The position numbers and the translations under genes are program-made. This document shows, piece by piece, positions 27,019-37,565 of a DNA stretch of 64,000 nucleotides. The first letter of the stretch is position 1, and each line of letters opens with the position of its first letter. The notes below the pieces were generated by a model. It was not told the DNA's origin, made no database searches, and was given only the letters and a program-made list of their open reading frames with translations. The DNA comes from Dehalococcoidia bacterium (GTDB lineage Bacteria > Chloroflexota > Dehalococcoidia > Lucifugimonadales > UBA3495), in contig JASLXV010000080.1 in NCBI GenBank assembly GCA_030740155.1, forward strand, positions 1 to 64,000. Reading direction: 5' to 3'.

Positions 27019-27831
27019 TTGTACTGCACCAACTGTGGCCGCCTTCGGGGCGAGGGTGCCTTCTACTGTCAGCACTGCGGACACCTCCTGAGTTCGCCCG
27101 GGCCATCACCCAGCGTGGCCGGAGAAGACCAGCGGGCTGAAGGGCCGGGCGTCCCCTGGCGTGGGGGACAGGTTGCGCTGGCAATCTTGCTGGTCGCGAT
27201 CCTGGTCATCCCGGCATCCCTCGCCGCGTTTGGAATTGGCGCCCTGGCCGGGAGATATGAAGAAGCGGTGATCACCTGGTTCACCGTGCACCTGACGGGT
27301 CTCGTCATCGTCGGGGTAGTCTGGTATCTCGGGGTCCATCGCTGCCGGGCGCCGGCGTCGATGCTTGGGCTGGTACCCTGGGGAGTTCCCCGGCCAAAAA
27401 CCGCGCTCATGACCGCCGGGACCCTGGGATTCAGCCTGGCGGCCACGGCGGTCTACGCGACCCTGATCAGCGCCGCCGGGCCGGAGGTCTTCTCGCCGCC
27501 GGACATTCCCTCCGACATCGCTTTTCCCGGTCTGAGTGTAGTGTTCACTTTTCAGGCCCTGGCGCTGGCCACGCCCCTGACCGAGGAGATATTTTTCCGC
27601 GGTTTCATCTTCGCTGGGCTGATCCCCCGGCTGGGAGTGGGGTGGGCGATGGTGGCAAGCGCGGCGATCTTCAGCGTCTCCCACGTGTCGGTGGGTGTGT
27701 TGGTGCCCATCTTCATTACCGGCTTGGCCTTGGCCTGGCTCTACTGGCGGACCGGATCTCTATGGACCAGCATCGCCGCCCACGCGGGGCAGAACGCCCT
27801 GGTTGTGGCAGTCCAAGCGTACTTGGCCTAG
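27019..27831 (+). CDS. CPBP-family intramembrane metalloprotease with N-terminal zinc ribbon
   Basis: YCTNCG...YCQHCG; PLTEEIFFRG, FSVSH, HAGQN. Confidence 0.9.
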   Translation: MYCTNCGRLRGEGAFYCQHCGHLLSSPGPSPSVAGEDQRAEGPGVPWRGGQVALAILLVAILVIPASLAAFGIGALAGRYEEAVITWFTVHLTGLVIVGVVWYLGVHRCRAPASMLGLVPWGVPRPKTALMTAGTLGFSLAATAVYATLISAAGPEVFSPPDIPSDIAFPGLSVVFTFQALALATPLTEEIFFRGFIFAGLIPRLGVGWAMVASAAIFSVSHVSVGVLVPIFITGLALAWLYWRTGSLWTSIAAHAGQNALVVAVQAYLA

Positions 27832-27910
27832 ACCAGCATTCGGATGTAATATAGATTTGCGTAGTCATACGGAGGGGTCGTTCGAGGCGAGTGGGAATGA
27901 GCAGGCGGGT

Positions 27911-28732
27911 ATGAATAGGATAGAAGAGAGTTTCGCCGCCATTAAACGGGAAGGCCGAACGGGCCTCGTTGTATTCCTGACCGCCGGATTTCCCGACCGG
28001 AAGGCGACCCTGGAACTGGTGCCCAAGCTGGTGGCGGCCGGAGCCGATCTCGTCGAGTTGGGGGTTCCTTTCAGCGATCCGCTGGCCGAGGGGCCGACCA
28101 TCCAGGAGTCCAGTTTCCGGGCCCTGCAGGACCGGGTCTCCCTGGGGGACTGTCTGGGGATGGTGGAGGAACTGCGCGGGCGGGTGCCGGACACTCCCTT
28201 GATACTGATGGGGTATTACAACCCGATCTACCGCTACGGTCTGGCCCAGTTCGGCCAGGATGCCCAGCGGGCCGGCGTCGATGGGCTGATCGTGGTCGAC
28301 CTCCCTCAGTTTGAAATAGGACCCCTGGCGGCCCAATGCACCCCTCGAGACATACCTATCATCCCGCTGCTGGCCCCCACCAGCACCGATGAGAGTATCC
28401 GGGCCTCCTGTGCCGGCGCAGCCACCGGCTTCATATACTGCATCAGTGTCACCGGGGTGACCGGCGCTCGGGAGCAAGTCTCGGACCGGAGCTTTCAGCT
28501 CGTGGATAGGGTACGGGCTCACACCTTGCTGCCTCTGGCCGTTGGGTTCGGCATCTCCCGCCGGGAACACGTGGAGGCGGTCGGCCGGAAAGCCGAGGCC
28601 GCGGTGGTCGGTAGCGCCCTGGTCCGGGTGATGCTAGAATCACCCCGGGACCAGCTCGCCGAGCGCGCCAGCCGGCTTGTCGGGGAGTTGGCCGGCAGGC
28701 TGCAACCGGCAGAGGGAGGACCTAACCGATGA
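27911..28732 (+). CDS. trpA: Tryptophan synthase alpha subunit
   Basis: ELGVPFSDPLAEGPTIQ, MGYYNP, GVTGAR, VGFGIS. Confidence 0.97.
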   Translation: MNRIEESFAAIKREGRTGLVVFLTAGFPDRKATLELVPKLVAAGADLVELGVPFSDPLAEGPTIQESSFRALQDRVSLGDCLGMVEELRGRVPDTPLILMGYYNPIYRYGLAQFGQDAQRAGVDGLIVVDLPQFEIGPLAAQCTPRDIPIIPLLAPTSTDESIRASCAGAATGFIYCISVTGVTGAREQVSDRSFQLVDRVRAHTLLPLAVGFGISRREHVEAVGRKAEAAVVGSALVRVMLESPRDQLAERASRLVGELAGRLQPAEGGPNR

Positions 28733-29091
28733 GCGTTTGCCGCGGCATTAGAGGGGCGACGGTGGCCGAAGAAAACACCGAGGAAGCTATCCAGGGGGCC
28801 ACCAGGGAGTTGCTTGCTCAATTGATCGAGGCCAATCATATCGAGGAAAGAGACGTTGCCGCGACCTACTTCACCACGACGCCCGACCTGACTGCCGGGT
28901 TCCCCGCCACGGCCGCCCGCCAGCTGGGCTGGACCTCCACGGCTCTGCTGGGCTCCTGTGAGATGGCGGTGCCCGGTAGCATGCTCCGGTGTGTCCGGGT
29001 CCTCATCCTCTACAACACCGACAAAGAGCCTCGGGAACTGGTGAACCTGTATCTCAACGGCACGAACGTCCTGAGGGGCGACGACGCCTAG
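28729..29091 (+). CDS. aroH: Chorismate mutase, AroH class
   Basis: RGIRGAT, FTTTPDL..GFPA, LRCVRVL. Confidence 0.93.
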   Translation: MSVCRGIRGATVAEENTEEAIQGATRELLAQLIEANHIEERDVAATYFTTTPDLTAGFPATAARQLGWTSTALLGSCEMAVPGSMLRCVRVLILYNTDKEPRELVNLYLNGTNVLRGDDA

Positions 29092-29256
29092 TTCAACTGA
29101 CGCCGGCGCATCGCCGCCGGTGAGGACGGGACACCCAGCGGCCCAGTGACCTGGTGCGGGGGACGGCTCCTCCTCTATATCCTGTATCCGCTATTCGGGT
29201 GGACCCACCGGGAGCCGGACCTCGAGGGAAATCCACCACCAAAGGTGAGCACAGAT

Positions 29257-30279
29257 ATGATCGTGGTAATGGCCAGAGACAGCTCCGCGGAAGACCTGGC
29301 CCGGGTCCAGGAACGGATCGAAGGCCGGGGTGTGAGAACCCAAGTCTTCATAGGCGTGGAACGCATCGTGGTAGGGGTCTTGGGAACCATACCCCCGGAC
29401 TTGAAGGACGAGGTCGAGCTTCTGCCGGGAGTCATCGAGGTGGTCCCCATCTCCAAGCCCTATAAGCTGGCCAGCCGGGAGTTCCACCCGGAGGGTTCCA
29501 CGATACAGGTGGGTAACGTCGTGATCGGGGGACCCGACCCGGTGATCATGGCCGGGCCCTGCTCCGTGGAAGACGAAGAGCAGATGGTTGCCACGGCCCG
29601 AGCGGTGAAGGCAGCCGGGGCCGGCCTGCTACGTGGTGGGGCGTACAAGCCGCGCACGTCTCCCTACAGCTTCCGTGGCATGGGCTTGGACGGGCTCAAG
29701 CTCCTCCAGTTGGCCAAGAAGGAAACGGGGTTGCCCATCATCACCGAGGTTATGGCGCCGGCGGACGTGGACACGGTGGCTCAATACGCCGATGTCCTCC
29801 AGATCGGAGCCCGCAACATGCAGAACTATTCACTGCTGGACGAGGTGGGCGCCACCAAAATGCCGGTCATGGTAAAGCGGGGCCTGGCCGCTCCCTACGA
29901 GGAATGGTTGCTGGCGGCGGAGTACGTCTTGGCGGCGGGCAACGACAAGGTCATGCTCTGTGAGCGGGGCATCAGGGGTTTCGAGCAATTCACCCGGTTC
30001 ACCCTGGATGTTGCCGCCATCCCGGTGATCAAAAGGTTGAGCCATCTACCCATCATCGCCGATCCCAGTCATAGCACCGGGAAGTGGTATCTGGTTACCC
30101 CGGTAGCCCTGGCCGCCATCGCCGCCGGGGCTCACGGGCTGATCGTGGAGGTCCACCCCAACCCGGACCTGGCCAAGTGCGACGGTCCCCAGTCCCTCAC
30201 CTTCGAGAACTTCCAAAGCATGATGACGCAGATTAAGGCCGTGGCGGCGGCTTGTCGGGAACCGGCTCCGGCTACCTGA
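29257..30279 (+). CDS. aroF: DAHP synthase type I-beta with N-terminal regulatory domain
   Basis: MAGPCSVE, RGGAYKPRTSPYSF, QIGARNMQN, DPSHSTG. Confidence 0.95.
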   Translation: MIVVMARDSSAEDLARVQERIEGRGVRTQVFIGVERIVVGVLGTIPPDLKDEVELLPGVIEVVPISKPYKLASREFHPEGSTIQVGNVVIGGPDPVIMAGPCSVEDEEQMVATARAVKAAGAGLLRGGAYKPRTSPYSFRGMGLDGLKLLQLAKKETGLPIITEVMAPADVDTVAQYADVLQIGARNMQNYSLLDEVGATKMPVMVKRGLAAPYEEWLLAAEYVLAAGNDKVMLCERGIRGFEQFTRFTLDVAAIPVIKRLSHLPIIADPSHSTGKWYLVTPVALAAIAAGAHGLIVEVHPNPDLAKCDGPQSLTFENFQSMMTQIKAVAAACREPAPAT

Positions 30280-30322
30280 CCAGACGGTAAGCCAACGCCG
30301 ACAAGGCGTCAACGGCGGAAAC

Positions 30323-30358
30323 AACAGGGCGACGGCACGACCGTCGCCCTGTTCCTTT
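30323..30358 (+). terminator. Probable intrinsic terminator
   Basis: AACAGGGCGACGG-CACGA-CCGTCGCCCTGTT followed by CCTTT. Confidence 0.6.
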
Positions 30359-30571
30359 GCCCGTAGGTCTGTCGCTCGGGGTGTCCGGAGTCTCCGCTCC
30401 CGTAAGCGTGGGGCAGATCAGAGGGTTCTACTCTGCCGCCTCGACAAACTCCAGGGAGGCTTTTTCAGAGAATCGGTATACGGCACGAGGCTGGTCACAA
30501 GCTATGTAACCTGGTAAACACGGGCGCCCGCGGATCAGGACACCCTTTTGGTTCGGGCCAATCCAAAGCGG

Positions 30572-30769
30572 TTAGGCCTCGGAGAGGCTGAAGACCGTTA
30601 CTCCATCCATCTCTTCGGCGCGAACTCGAGAGCCACGCGCGAGAGCGGGCTTTGAACTGTTGAAGAACTGCCCGAAAGGTCTCTGGGCGAATGCATACAT
30701 TAGGAGTCCGTATGAGAATGCAATGCCTGAAAGAACGAAAGCCAGAAAATTCCACTCAGCCCCGTACAT
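30572..30769 (-). CDS. Small single-pass membrane protein (65 aa)
   Basis: MYGAEWNFLAFVLSGIAFSYGLLMYAFAQ; RBS AGGGGGG before the ATG. Confidence 0.5.
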   Translation of the reverse strand: MYGAEWNFLAFVLSGIAFSYGLLMYAFAQRPFGQFFNSSKPALARGSRVRAEEMDGVTVFSLSEA

Positions 30770-31333
30770 AGTTCCCCCCTGGTTTGTATTTTTTCCGGGC
30801 GACACTCCACCTTGGTCGATTGAGATGAGGACGTGGGAAGCCTTGCGCGAATGCCCTGAGTTCCACAATACCGAATCAACCCCTACGGTGCCATGGGGGC
30901 AGCACCCCGACGAATTCAGGGGTTCCGGGGCCTGGGTGAGACGGGCGTTTTCGTCAATCCCGAGATCCATCCAGGGGCGCCTGCCGATTGCGCTGCAATA
31001 CTTGCGAGTGGAAAACCTGGTCTACTACTCCTTCGGCGTAACCAATCTGTGCAACACCTGATACCGGCTCCCCGGTCCCTGCCAACCGGCAATGCCATCA
31101 CGGTACTTCCGCCGACTCCTTCTTGCCTGTAACGAGATCGAAACCGTGGCCTGGTAAAGTCAAGAATCCCCAGGGGCGCGGATTCCGAAGGATAGCGGCC
31201 TGGGCTGGCACCCAAATCGACGGCTCAGGTGGCTGGAACCGGTTTCTCAGGGGCCTAGAATTTGGTGCCTTTCAAGTGTCGAAAGTAGCAATTTCTACCG
31301 GGACCGCCGACGCGGTGCAGCGACGAGGCGGAG

Positions 31334-31378
31334 GCCTTGCACTACCTTTTTGGGTGTATCATTCTGGTAGTGCAAGGC
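31334..31378. repeat. Perfect 13-bp inverted repeat containing the GTAGTGCAA motif
   Basis: GCCTTGCACTACC-19 nt-GGTAGTGCAAGGC. Confidence 0.9.
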
Positions 31379-31400
31379 TCTGTTAGCGGAGACGGACGGA

Positions 31401-31898
31401 ATGGACAAGCCCGGCAGTGATGTAGTGCAAGACAGCCGGAGGCGGATTACGGTGGCTTCCGACACGCTGCCTGACGGGTTGCTCGTGCGGCTGGAGGGGC
31501 GCCCGCTGGCTACGTATTCAGTGCTCGCGGTCTGGTCTGACAGCACGGTGACCGTCTGGCGGTGCCACGGACCCGCGAAGGACAATCCGATGCGATTGGA
31601 TGTCGCCGTCGGCTCCGTGTCGCCGTTGCCAAGGGCCGAACAGCCCCAGAGACTCCGGGGGACGGCAGGGCTCCGAAAGGTTCCGGTGCAAGATTCGGCT
31701 GAGCCGGTAGTGCAAAAGGCCTTTGGATACCTGGTCTACAAGAAGTGCTACAAGGCGAGCTGCCACTGCATGAAAGGCGGCGCGCTCCATGGCCCATACC
31801 GTTACAAGAGCCGTCGCCGCCACGCCGATACCATGCCGAGGGTTGATGCTGCTGCCCATCGTCGTGCGGTTCGGGCCACCTACATGGGGAAGGGGTAA
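31401..31898 (+). CDS. Protein with a C-terminal DUF6788-like Cys/His zinc-binding domain
   Basis: YKKCYKASCHCMKGGALHGPYRY...RATYMG pattern. Confidence 0.7.
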   Translation: MDKPGSDVVQDSRRRITVASDTLPDGLLVRLEGRPLATYSVLAVWSDSTVTVWRCHGPAKDNPMRLDVAVGSVSPLPRAEQPQRLRGTAGLRKVPVQDSAEPVVQKAFGYLVYKKCYKASCHCMKGGALHGPYRYKSRRRHADTMPRVDAAAHRRAVRATYMGKG

Positions 31899-32138
31899 GC
31901 CAAGAAAGCAGCGATCCGGTGACGATCTTCCACAGGTGAACCGCGGGAGATCAGCCCCGGCACCGAGATTGAATGGGCCGCGGCACCCGCTTATGCCGAA
32001 GCACGCCGGGCGCCGGCCGGGTACCTCATCGGCACCGAATAGGGCAGCCCGCAGGCGTGGGTAAGCCCGGCGATGGGCCGGCTCGAAGATCTGATATGAG
32101 CCGGGCCGAACTCGGTTGTAGAGGGGACAGTCCCGGTG

Positions 32139-32921
32139 CTACAGGCCTGCCGCTGCCGCCGCCCGCCGCATCTCATTGAGGTACGTAACGCTGGAGGTCT
32201 GGAGCAGGGTGCCGACGTTGCTGTGAAAATACTGGACGCCCATATCGAGGAACTTGGGCACCAGAGCGTCGGGGCAGCTTACCCCGGCGATGCGGCCCGC
32301 CCCCCGGATGGCCTTGACACCGTTCTCCATCATGGCCTGGACCTCGGGATGGGTCTGCTGGCCGATGTACCCCATCGATTGGGACAGGTCGCCCGAGCCG
32401 ATGAAGTACACGTCGACACCCTCCACGGCGAGCAACTCCTCCAGGTTGTCCAGGGCCTCCACCTCTTCCAGCATCAGGCACACCAGGGTGTTGCGGTTGG
32501 CCTCCTCGGCGTACTGTGCCGTCGAGCCGGTCAGGCCGTAGCCCGCAGGGCGGCCCCGGCTGAAGATTCCCCGGTGCCCCTGGGGGTGGTACTTAACCGC
32601 GTCCACGGCGGCCCGGGCTTCCTCGGCATTGTTGACGTGGGGGACTTGGACCCCCCAGGAGCCCCGGTCCAGAAAGGGCGCGATGATCTCCGGTTTGTTG
32701 CCGACCGGCCGCACGATGGGGGCGATTCCGGAAAGCTCGGCGGCCCGGATCAAATCCTCAGAGTTATCCACCGTTATGGAGCCGTGCTCGTTGTCGATCA
32801 GAACCCAGTCGAACCCTAGGTAGCCCATCATCTCCACAACCGGAGGGGACGGAAAGGTGATCATGACCCCGAAGACAGCATTGCCGGATTCCAGCTTTGT
32901 TTTGAGGGTATTGTCCCGCAT
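32139..32921 (-). CDS. HpcH/HpaI aldolase family protein
   Basis: GFDWVLIDNEHG, GVQVPHV, YFIGSGDLS. Confidence 0.93.
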   Translation of the reverse strand: MRDNTLKTKLESGNAVFGVMITFPSPPVVEMMGYLGFDWVLIDNEHGSITVDNSEDLIRAAELSGIAPIVRPVGNKPEIIAPFLDRGSWGVQVPHVNNAEEARAAVDAVKYHPQGHRGIFSRGRPAGYGLTGSTAQYAEEANRNTLVCLMLEEVEALDNLEELLAVEGVDVYFIGSGDLSQSMGYIGQQTHPEVQAMMENGVKAIRGAGRIAGVSCPDALVPKFLDMGVQYFHSNVGTLLQTSSVTYLNEMRRAAAAAGL

Positions 32922-33315
32922 GGCGCCTCCTTGATTCAGCTCCCAGATCTGCTTTCGAGCGGGTGGGTCGTGCCGTAAACCCGGTGAACCAGACACCCGG
33001 CCCGTGAGTATGATACTCCGGTCCGGGAAAATATGCTCCATGCCGTGCCGGCGGTTGAAGGACTGCTGGGCGCGAGCGAGTGAACCAAGCCTCATAACAC
33101 AGCCGCAACCGGTATTTGAGACGTTGATCGGGCATCGATTTTCAGATGTCTCGGCCATACGGTGGGAGAGCGAACGCAGTTGGCCTGGAGGTCAGAGAAG
33201 TGCCCAAAGTCGATTGATTTTCCGGTTTACCGCTGGTAAAATGATGATTATCTGAAAACGTGATACTAGCCACTCAGGGGTCCGCGGCCTAACTCTTCTC
33301 AATCGGGGGGTAAGG

Positions 33316-33897
33316 ATGTTTCCAGAGGTGACCCTGTCGCCCACTACCCGTGAGGACGTTCAGCGGTTGGCGGATTGGCTAGACGACCCGGAGGTTAACT
33401 CCTCCTGGTACGGCCAAGGTGAAGACGGAGCACCCCTTCACATTGGTTACGCTCCCCGCCAGATTCTCCATACTTCCCAAGCCGAGTGGGACCACGTCTT
33501 CGAAAATGAAGATCGCCAGATATACTCCTTCCACACCTCGGATGGAGCCCACATCGGCGAAGGTCAACTGGTTGTGGAGTGGCCGCTGCTGGAGGCCCAG
33601 GTTTTCATCCTCATCGGCCGCAAAGAATTGTGGCACCACCACTACGGCACCATGGCCCTGATTCATCTGCTGGACCAGGCCTTTCAGGCCCACGGGCTGC
33701 ACCGGGTTTGGGCGGACATTCCGGATTACAATGAACACGCCCTACGGATGTTCCGCCACCTGGGCTTCGTTCTGGAGGGCCACCTGCGCAAGACCCATCG
33801 CAAGGACGGTGAGTGGTACGATTCCTTTGCCATGGGTTTGCTGACCGACGAATACAACCGGCGCCGGTCCCGGCTGATGGGCAGCGCCTCTGCATAG
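33316..33897 (+). CDS. GNAT (RimJ/RimL-like) N-acetyltransferase
   Basis: ILIGRKELW..HYGT, NEHALRMFRHLGFVLEGHLR. Confidence 0.88.
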   Translation: MFPEVTLSPTTREDVQRLADWLDDPEVNSSWYGQGEDGAPLHIGYAPRQILHTSQAEWDHVFENEDRQIYSFHTSDGAHIGEGQLVVEWPLLEAQVFILIGRKELWHHHYGTMALIHLLDQAFQAHGLHRVWADIPDYNEHALRMFRHLGFVLEGHLRKTHRKDGEWYDSFAMGLLTDEYNRRRSRLMGSASA

Positions 33898-34062
33898 AAT
33901 CGAGCCTCCGGGCCCCGGCCCATCCTGGTCCGAGGCCTGGCCCGGTGTGGGGCGTGGCATTGGCTACGGCCCCCTTACCTCCGCTGGGAAAGCTGTACGA
34001 GCGTCAGAAATCTGCACCGCCATGCCCCCTAGTGTTTAGAGTGGGCTTATGAGGAGAGAACG

Positions 34063-34764
34063 ATGCCCGTAATCACCATTAACGGCCCGATTGGCAGCGG
34101 CCCGGTACCCATCGGACAGATAGTCGCCCAGGAGCTGGAACTCAACTTCGTCGACCGGCTGATCTTCAGGGAGGCCGCCAGGCTCGTCGGCAAGCCCATG
34201 GGAGCGCTGATCGACAAAGAGCAGCGTGTGGTCCGGTTCCGCGACCGGCTGGCCAGCTTCTTGCAGACCATGCTGGAGCGATCGGCCATGTCCGGCGTCA
34301 GCGGCGAGCCGTACTTCGGACGCGGGATCGAAAGCCTCCCCTCCGAGGCCTACTCGGAGCTGACCGGAGAGTCCGCGGTGGCGACCCTGAAGGTGGCGGA
34401 CAAGGCATTCATCGAGGCTACCAACACCGTGGTGAAGGACCTGCACCAAAAGGGCAACGTGGTGATCCTGGGCAGAGGAGCCAACGTCATCCTGGCAGAC
34501 ACCCCGGGCGTCATCCACGTGGGCCTGCTGGCTCCCCTGGAAGTCAGGGCGCAGACCTTGATGGAGCGGGAGCATCTGGACCTCGAAGAAGCAAAGGAAT
34601 ATGCGGAAGAGCTGGAGCAGGCCAGGGTGGCCTTCTTCCGGAAGTTTTTCAAGGCGCATCCCAACGACCCGAACCTGTACCACATAATGTTGAACATGGG
34701 CAAGTTGCAGCACCAGACCGCCGCTGAAATCATCGTCCACGCCGCCGGGGACCTGGCGCATTGA
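34063..34764 (+). CDS. Cytidylate kinase-like family protein
   Basis: VITINGPIGSG, NVVILGRGAN, DPNLYHIMLN. Confidence 0.88.
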   Translation: MPVITINGPIGSGPVPIGQIVAQELELNFVDRLIFREAARLVGKPMGALIDKEQRVVRFRDRLASFLQTMLERSAMSGVSGEPYFGRGIESLPSEAYSELTGESAVATLKVADKAFIEATNTVVKDLHQKGNVVILGRGANVILADTPGVIHVGLLAPLEVRAQTLMEREHLDLEEAKEYAEELEQARVAFFRKFFKAHPNDPNLYHIMLNMGKLQHQTAAEIIVHAAGDLAH

Positions 34765-34840
34765 GGTCCCTCAGGTGCGCCGGCCGTCACCTGATTATTA
34801 TCTGCCCGTCCCGGTGTAGCCCCCGCGGGCCGGTCTTTCG

Positions 34841-35752
34841 TTGATCCCCTTCGCCGACGCCGACGTTGAGCGCCGTTCCTTTCCCGTGGTCAACGTGGTG
34901 CTCATCGGCCTCAACGCTTTGGTATTCCTCTACGAGTTGCAGCTCGGCGGGCTTGCCTTGCTGGGCGGCGGCGGCGACCTGGACGTCACCGGCTTCTTCC
35001 TCAAATGGGGGTTTATCTCAAATGAGTTGACGCAGGGGGTGGCTTGTACCCATCAGTGGCTGGCCATAAACCCTCTGCGAGTCCAAGAATTCTGCCCGCA
35101 ATTGCCGGCGGAGTTCCTCACAAGCCCCGAAAGCAAGCTGCCCGTGTTTGGCCCGGTCGGCGGCTTCTTTTTGCAAAATATCGACTCGCCCCTTCCCACC
35201 TGGGGCACTCTTGTCTCCTACATGTTCATTCACGGTGGCTTCTTTCACTTTGCCGGTAACATGGCGTTCTTGTGGGTCCTGGGCGATAACATCGAAAACC
35301 GCTTGGGTCACGTAAAATACCTGCTGTTTTTCCTCGTGACCGGCGTCGCCGCCGCCCTGAGCCAGATGGCCATAGACCCCCACTCGCAGTCACCGCTGAT
35401 CGGGGCCAGTGGGGCTGTTTCAGGCGTGGTCGGGGCGTACTTGCTGCTATATCCCTACAATCGCATCAGAGCCCTGGTAATTTTCTACTTCATCACGGTG
35501 GTCGAGGTTCGGGCTCTGATCTTGCTGGGGCTGTGGTCCCTTTGGCAACTGATCCAAGCTCTCTTCTCATTGGGCCTATCGAACGCCGTCAACGTTGCGT
35601 TCTTCGCCCACGTGGGAGGTGTCTTGGCCGGCGTGGTGATCATCGCCGTTTACAAGCTGCTCACCCGCCAGCCCATCTGGCCGTCGCGCCAGCGCGACCA
35701 GCGCCGTCAGCCGTGGGACTACTGGTACCGGGCCGGGCGAGGACCCGACTGA
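34841..35752 (+). CDS. Rhomboid intramembrane serine protease
   Basis: MFIHGGFFHFAGNM, IGASGAVSG, AHVGG. Confidence 0.93.
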   Translation: MIPFADADVERRSFPVVNVVLIGLNALVFLYELQLGGLALLGGGGDLDVTGFFLKWGFISNELTQGVACTHQWLAINPLRVQEFCPQLPAEFLTSPESKLPVFGPVGGFFLQNIDSPLPTWGTLVSYMFIHGGFFHFAGNMAFLWVLGDNIENRLGHVKYLLFFLVTGVAAALSQMAIDPHSQSPLIGASGAVSGVVGAYLLLYPYNRIRALVIFYFITVVEVRALILLGLWSLWQLIQALFSLGLSNAVNVAFFAHVGGVLAGVVIIAVYKLLTRQPIWPSRQRDQRRQPWDYWYRAGRGPD

Positions 35753-36045
35753 AGAGTTGCTTCCGGCATTCCCTGATCCGGACCAGAAGGGCCAAACCCT
35801 TCGACGCTGTGCGGCCGCCGGCCCAGTGACTTATCAAGATACCTCCTGTTGCGAGCGTAAACGCTTCCCCCCGCTGCGGCCGGCGTGGCGTCGGCGGCTG
35901 GAACCGGACCATGGCCGGAGACCCCCGGAGATCCAATGAATCCGGCTGGCTTGACGATAAGCATTGGTTGGGGTGTGGGTACCCTGTTCTCCTGTGGGCA
36001 GTTGGCGCAAACTAAACTGTAAACTGTGAACGTGCTGGCGGTGGT

Positions 36046-37565
36046 ATGCCTGAAAGAACCCAAGCCGAATGGGGCCGATTCCTGACCCAACTCCTCGACT
36101 CCCTGCCAGATCCAGCTATGGTTACCGACCTGCAGGGCACCATTGAGTTGGCGAATAACAAGATGCTGCAGATGACGGGCTTGCAGCGAGAGCAAGTCAT
36201 TGGGCAAGAATTCCCCTATCCCTGGCTGATGCGGCCCGGCAAGACGAACGGGAGTGCTCCCGTTGACCGGGCCTGGCAATTCGAGGCTACCACCGGTGTA
36301 GAGGGCGCCGTAACTGACGCCGAGGGCAATCGCCGCAATCTCACCTTCAGCATCACCCCTTTGGGGAGCGATGACGGCCAGCCCGAGCACTTGCTTAGCG
36401 TCGGCCACGACCCCACCCCGCAAGAGAGAGCCGAGGAGGCGTACCAGGCGGAGAAGAGGAACGCGGTGAGCCGGCTCGCTTCCGGAGTGGCCCACGACAT
36501 CAACAACAACCTGGCGGTGATCCTTGGCTACGCTGAATTCCTGCTTGGTAAGTCGGGGAGGCTGGATCGCGGGAGCGGAGCGCCCTGGACGCCATTCAGG
36601 AGCAGGCCCAAGAGTGCGCCGAGACGGTCCGGCGGATCGAACTGTTTGCCCGGCCCGTCCCCCGGGGCACCTTCACCCTCCTCTCAGTGAACGACGTGAT
36701 CCGAGCTGTTGTCGAATTGACCGAACCGCTCCGGATGTTCGACGCCGGCCAAAGTGGGACCGGCATTCGGCTCGAAACTGACCTTCACACGGTACCGCCG
36801 GTCCAGGCGCATCTGGGAGACCTGAGAGAAGCATTGACCAATCTGATCGACAATGCGGTGGCTGCGGTGCCCGATGGGGGTCTGGTCACCTTGCGGTCCA
36901 GGCTTTTCGCCGGAGAGGTGGCCGTGGAGGTGGCGGATAACGGCACCGGGATCGACCCCCAGCATCTCGGGCGTATCTTCGATCCCTTCTTCACCACCAA
37001 GGGCCCGTCTAGCTCCGGTTTGGGTTTGAGCATCGCCTACAATCTGGTGACGCAGCAAGGCGGCACACTGTTGGTGGATAGCGAGTTGGGAAAAGGGACG
37101 ACGTTCACCCTCCGGCTCCCCGCGGCCCAAACCGACCGGTCGCCTGTTTCCAGGGTCAGGGAACCACGGGTGCAGCGACGCTACCTTGAGGTGCTGGTGG
37201 TGGACGATGAGCCGCTGGTGGCCGGAATGCTCCAGACCCTTCTGGAATCCGTCGGCCACCGGGCAGCCATCTGCTTGAGCGGCCTGGAAGCGGTAGATAC
37301 GTTCCAGGCCCACGAATTCGACCTGGCAATTGTCGACCTGGCGATGCCGGAGATTGATGGCTGGGAAGTGTCCAGGCGCATGAATCAGGCTCGCCCCGGT
37401 GTCCCGATCATTGTGGCCACCGGCTGGAATATGCGGGTCGAAGACGGCGAGGAACGCGGCGCCAAAGTCAGCGCGGTGCTCAAGAAGCCCTTTGGCCTGG
37501 ACGAGTTGATCGGTGCGATCGCGACGGTCATCAATCCGTCTCCGGCAGGTGCCTCGCAGCGTTAG
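36046..37565 (+). pseudogene. Hybrid PAS-histidine kinase-receiver gene with a frameshift near 36568
   Basis: PAS and H-box (GVAHDINNNL) in one frame; the rest of the DHp helix, HATPase (NLIDNA, DNGTG, PFFTTK, GLGL) and REC in another. Confidence 0.85.

Noticed and set aside
35825..35870. SAM-I riboswitch (CTTATCAAGA)
   Set aside because: The remaining consensus elements are absent and there is no methionine-related gene
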